A stretch of 64,000 nucleotides of DNA from an uncultured Bacteroidales bacterium (lineage in GTDB: Bacteria > Bacteroidota > Bacteroidia > Bacteroidales > Paludibacteraceae): assembly GCA_902800525.1 (NCBI GenBank), contig CADCEV010000002.1, forward strand, positions 95,695 through 159,694, written 5' to 3'. The translations under genes were made by a program, and so were the position numbers. Numbering within the stretch: position 1 is the stretch's first letter; each line of letters begins with the position of its first letter. This document shows positions 63,755-64,000 of the stretch, in pieces. Under the pieces are notes generated by a model. That model searched no databases and was not told where the DNA came from. It saw only the letters and a program-made list of their open reading frames with translations.

Positions 63755-63787
63755 CAAAGGAGTCTCAACCGAGACTCCTTTTTTTCG
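63755..63787 (+). terminator. Intrinsic terminator after rplS
   Basis: AAGGAGTCTC-AACC-GAGACTCCTT followed by TTTTTT. Confidence 0.8.
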
Positions 63788-64000
63788 TTCAATAACTTTT
63801 TTTTGTCCTTTCAGCCCCGATTTTCATGGATATTTTGTGCTTAAAAATAGCCCGAAATGGCTCAAAAAACATAGGATTCGCACATTTTGATAACAAAAAG
63901 GCGAAAATTGGAATATCAATGGAAAAGGGTAGACCGGGCGGACGGGCGGACACCCTTTCCGTAAAATACATACACCCACACGCGTGTGTGAGTTTATAAA

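Noticed and set aside
1-64000. tRNA, rRNA, tmRNA, transposase or prophage genes.
   Set aside because: None were recognised by eye in any intergenic region. A tRNAscan/Infernal run would be needed to exclude small RNAs formally.

Overview
The window reads as a Bacteroidota chromosome segment, order Bacteroidales and Prevotella-like. Most operons are preceded by Bacteroidetes-type promoters (TTG..N~20..TAnnTTTG, often as TTGCGTAT.TCAAAAAAAAGT.GTACCTTTGCA). There are no Shine-Dalgarno sites, and a hybrid two-component regulator is present. All calls were made by eye from the ORF track and the raw sequence; no searches were run.

Layout:
- 1-31.6 kb is mostly housekeeping: murF 3' end, ychF, a CaCA antiporter, a 7-gene translationally coupled surface-glycan cluster with glf/wzx/wzy and four glycosyltransferases, rpsP, split chrA, udk, rsfS, ftsH, an M16 peptidase, surE, lpxB, glmM, two lipoproteins, an HTCS regulator, rfbA, menA, a sirtuin and ttcA.
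- 31.7-55.5 kb is accessory. A PIN toxin-antitoxin pair comes first. A leftward 4-gene operon follows, encoding 747-, 1922-, 877- and 130-aa secreted repeat proteins. Next come a 452-bp segment bounded by perfect 25-bp inverted repeats that carries a consensus promoter, an adjacent serine recombinase, a 93-aa gene fragment bracketed by start-codon repeats, and a rightward 2735-aa secreted repeat protein. The region ends with a toxin-antitoxin island (hicAB, MNT/HEPN) bounded by 76- and 57-bp direct repeats.
- 55.6-64 kb is housekeeping again: pnp, a four-helix-bundle gene, tamB and rplS.

Main hypothesis: the IR-bounded promoter segment is a phase-variation switch (inverton), and the serine recombinase flips it. 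It sits between two divergent giant-adhesin expression units and may toggle between them.

A second pervasive signal is a set of dispersed short-period (7-8 bp) tandem-repeat families at almost every gene junction. Three arrays lie in-frame inside coding sequences. A 33-nt GC-rich palindromic element is also inserted in-frame twice in menA.

No rRNA, tRNA, CRISPR array or transposase was recognised.
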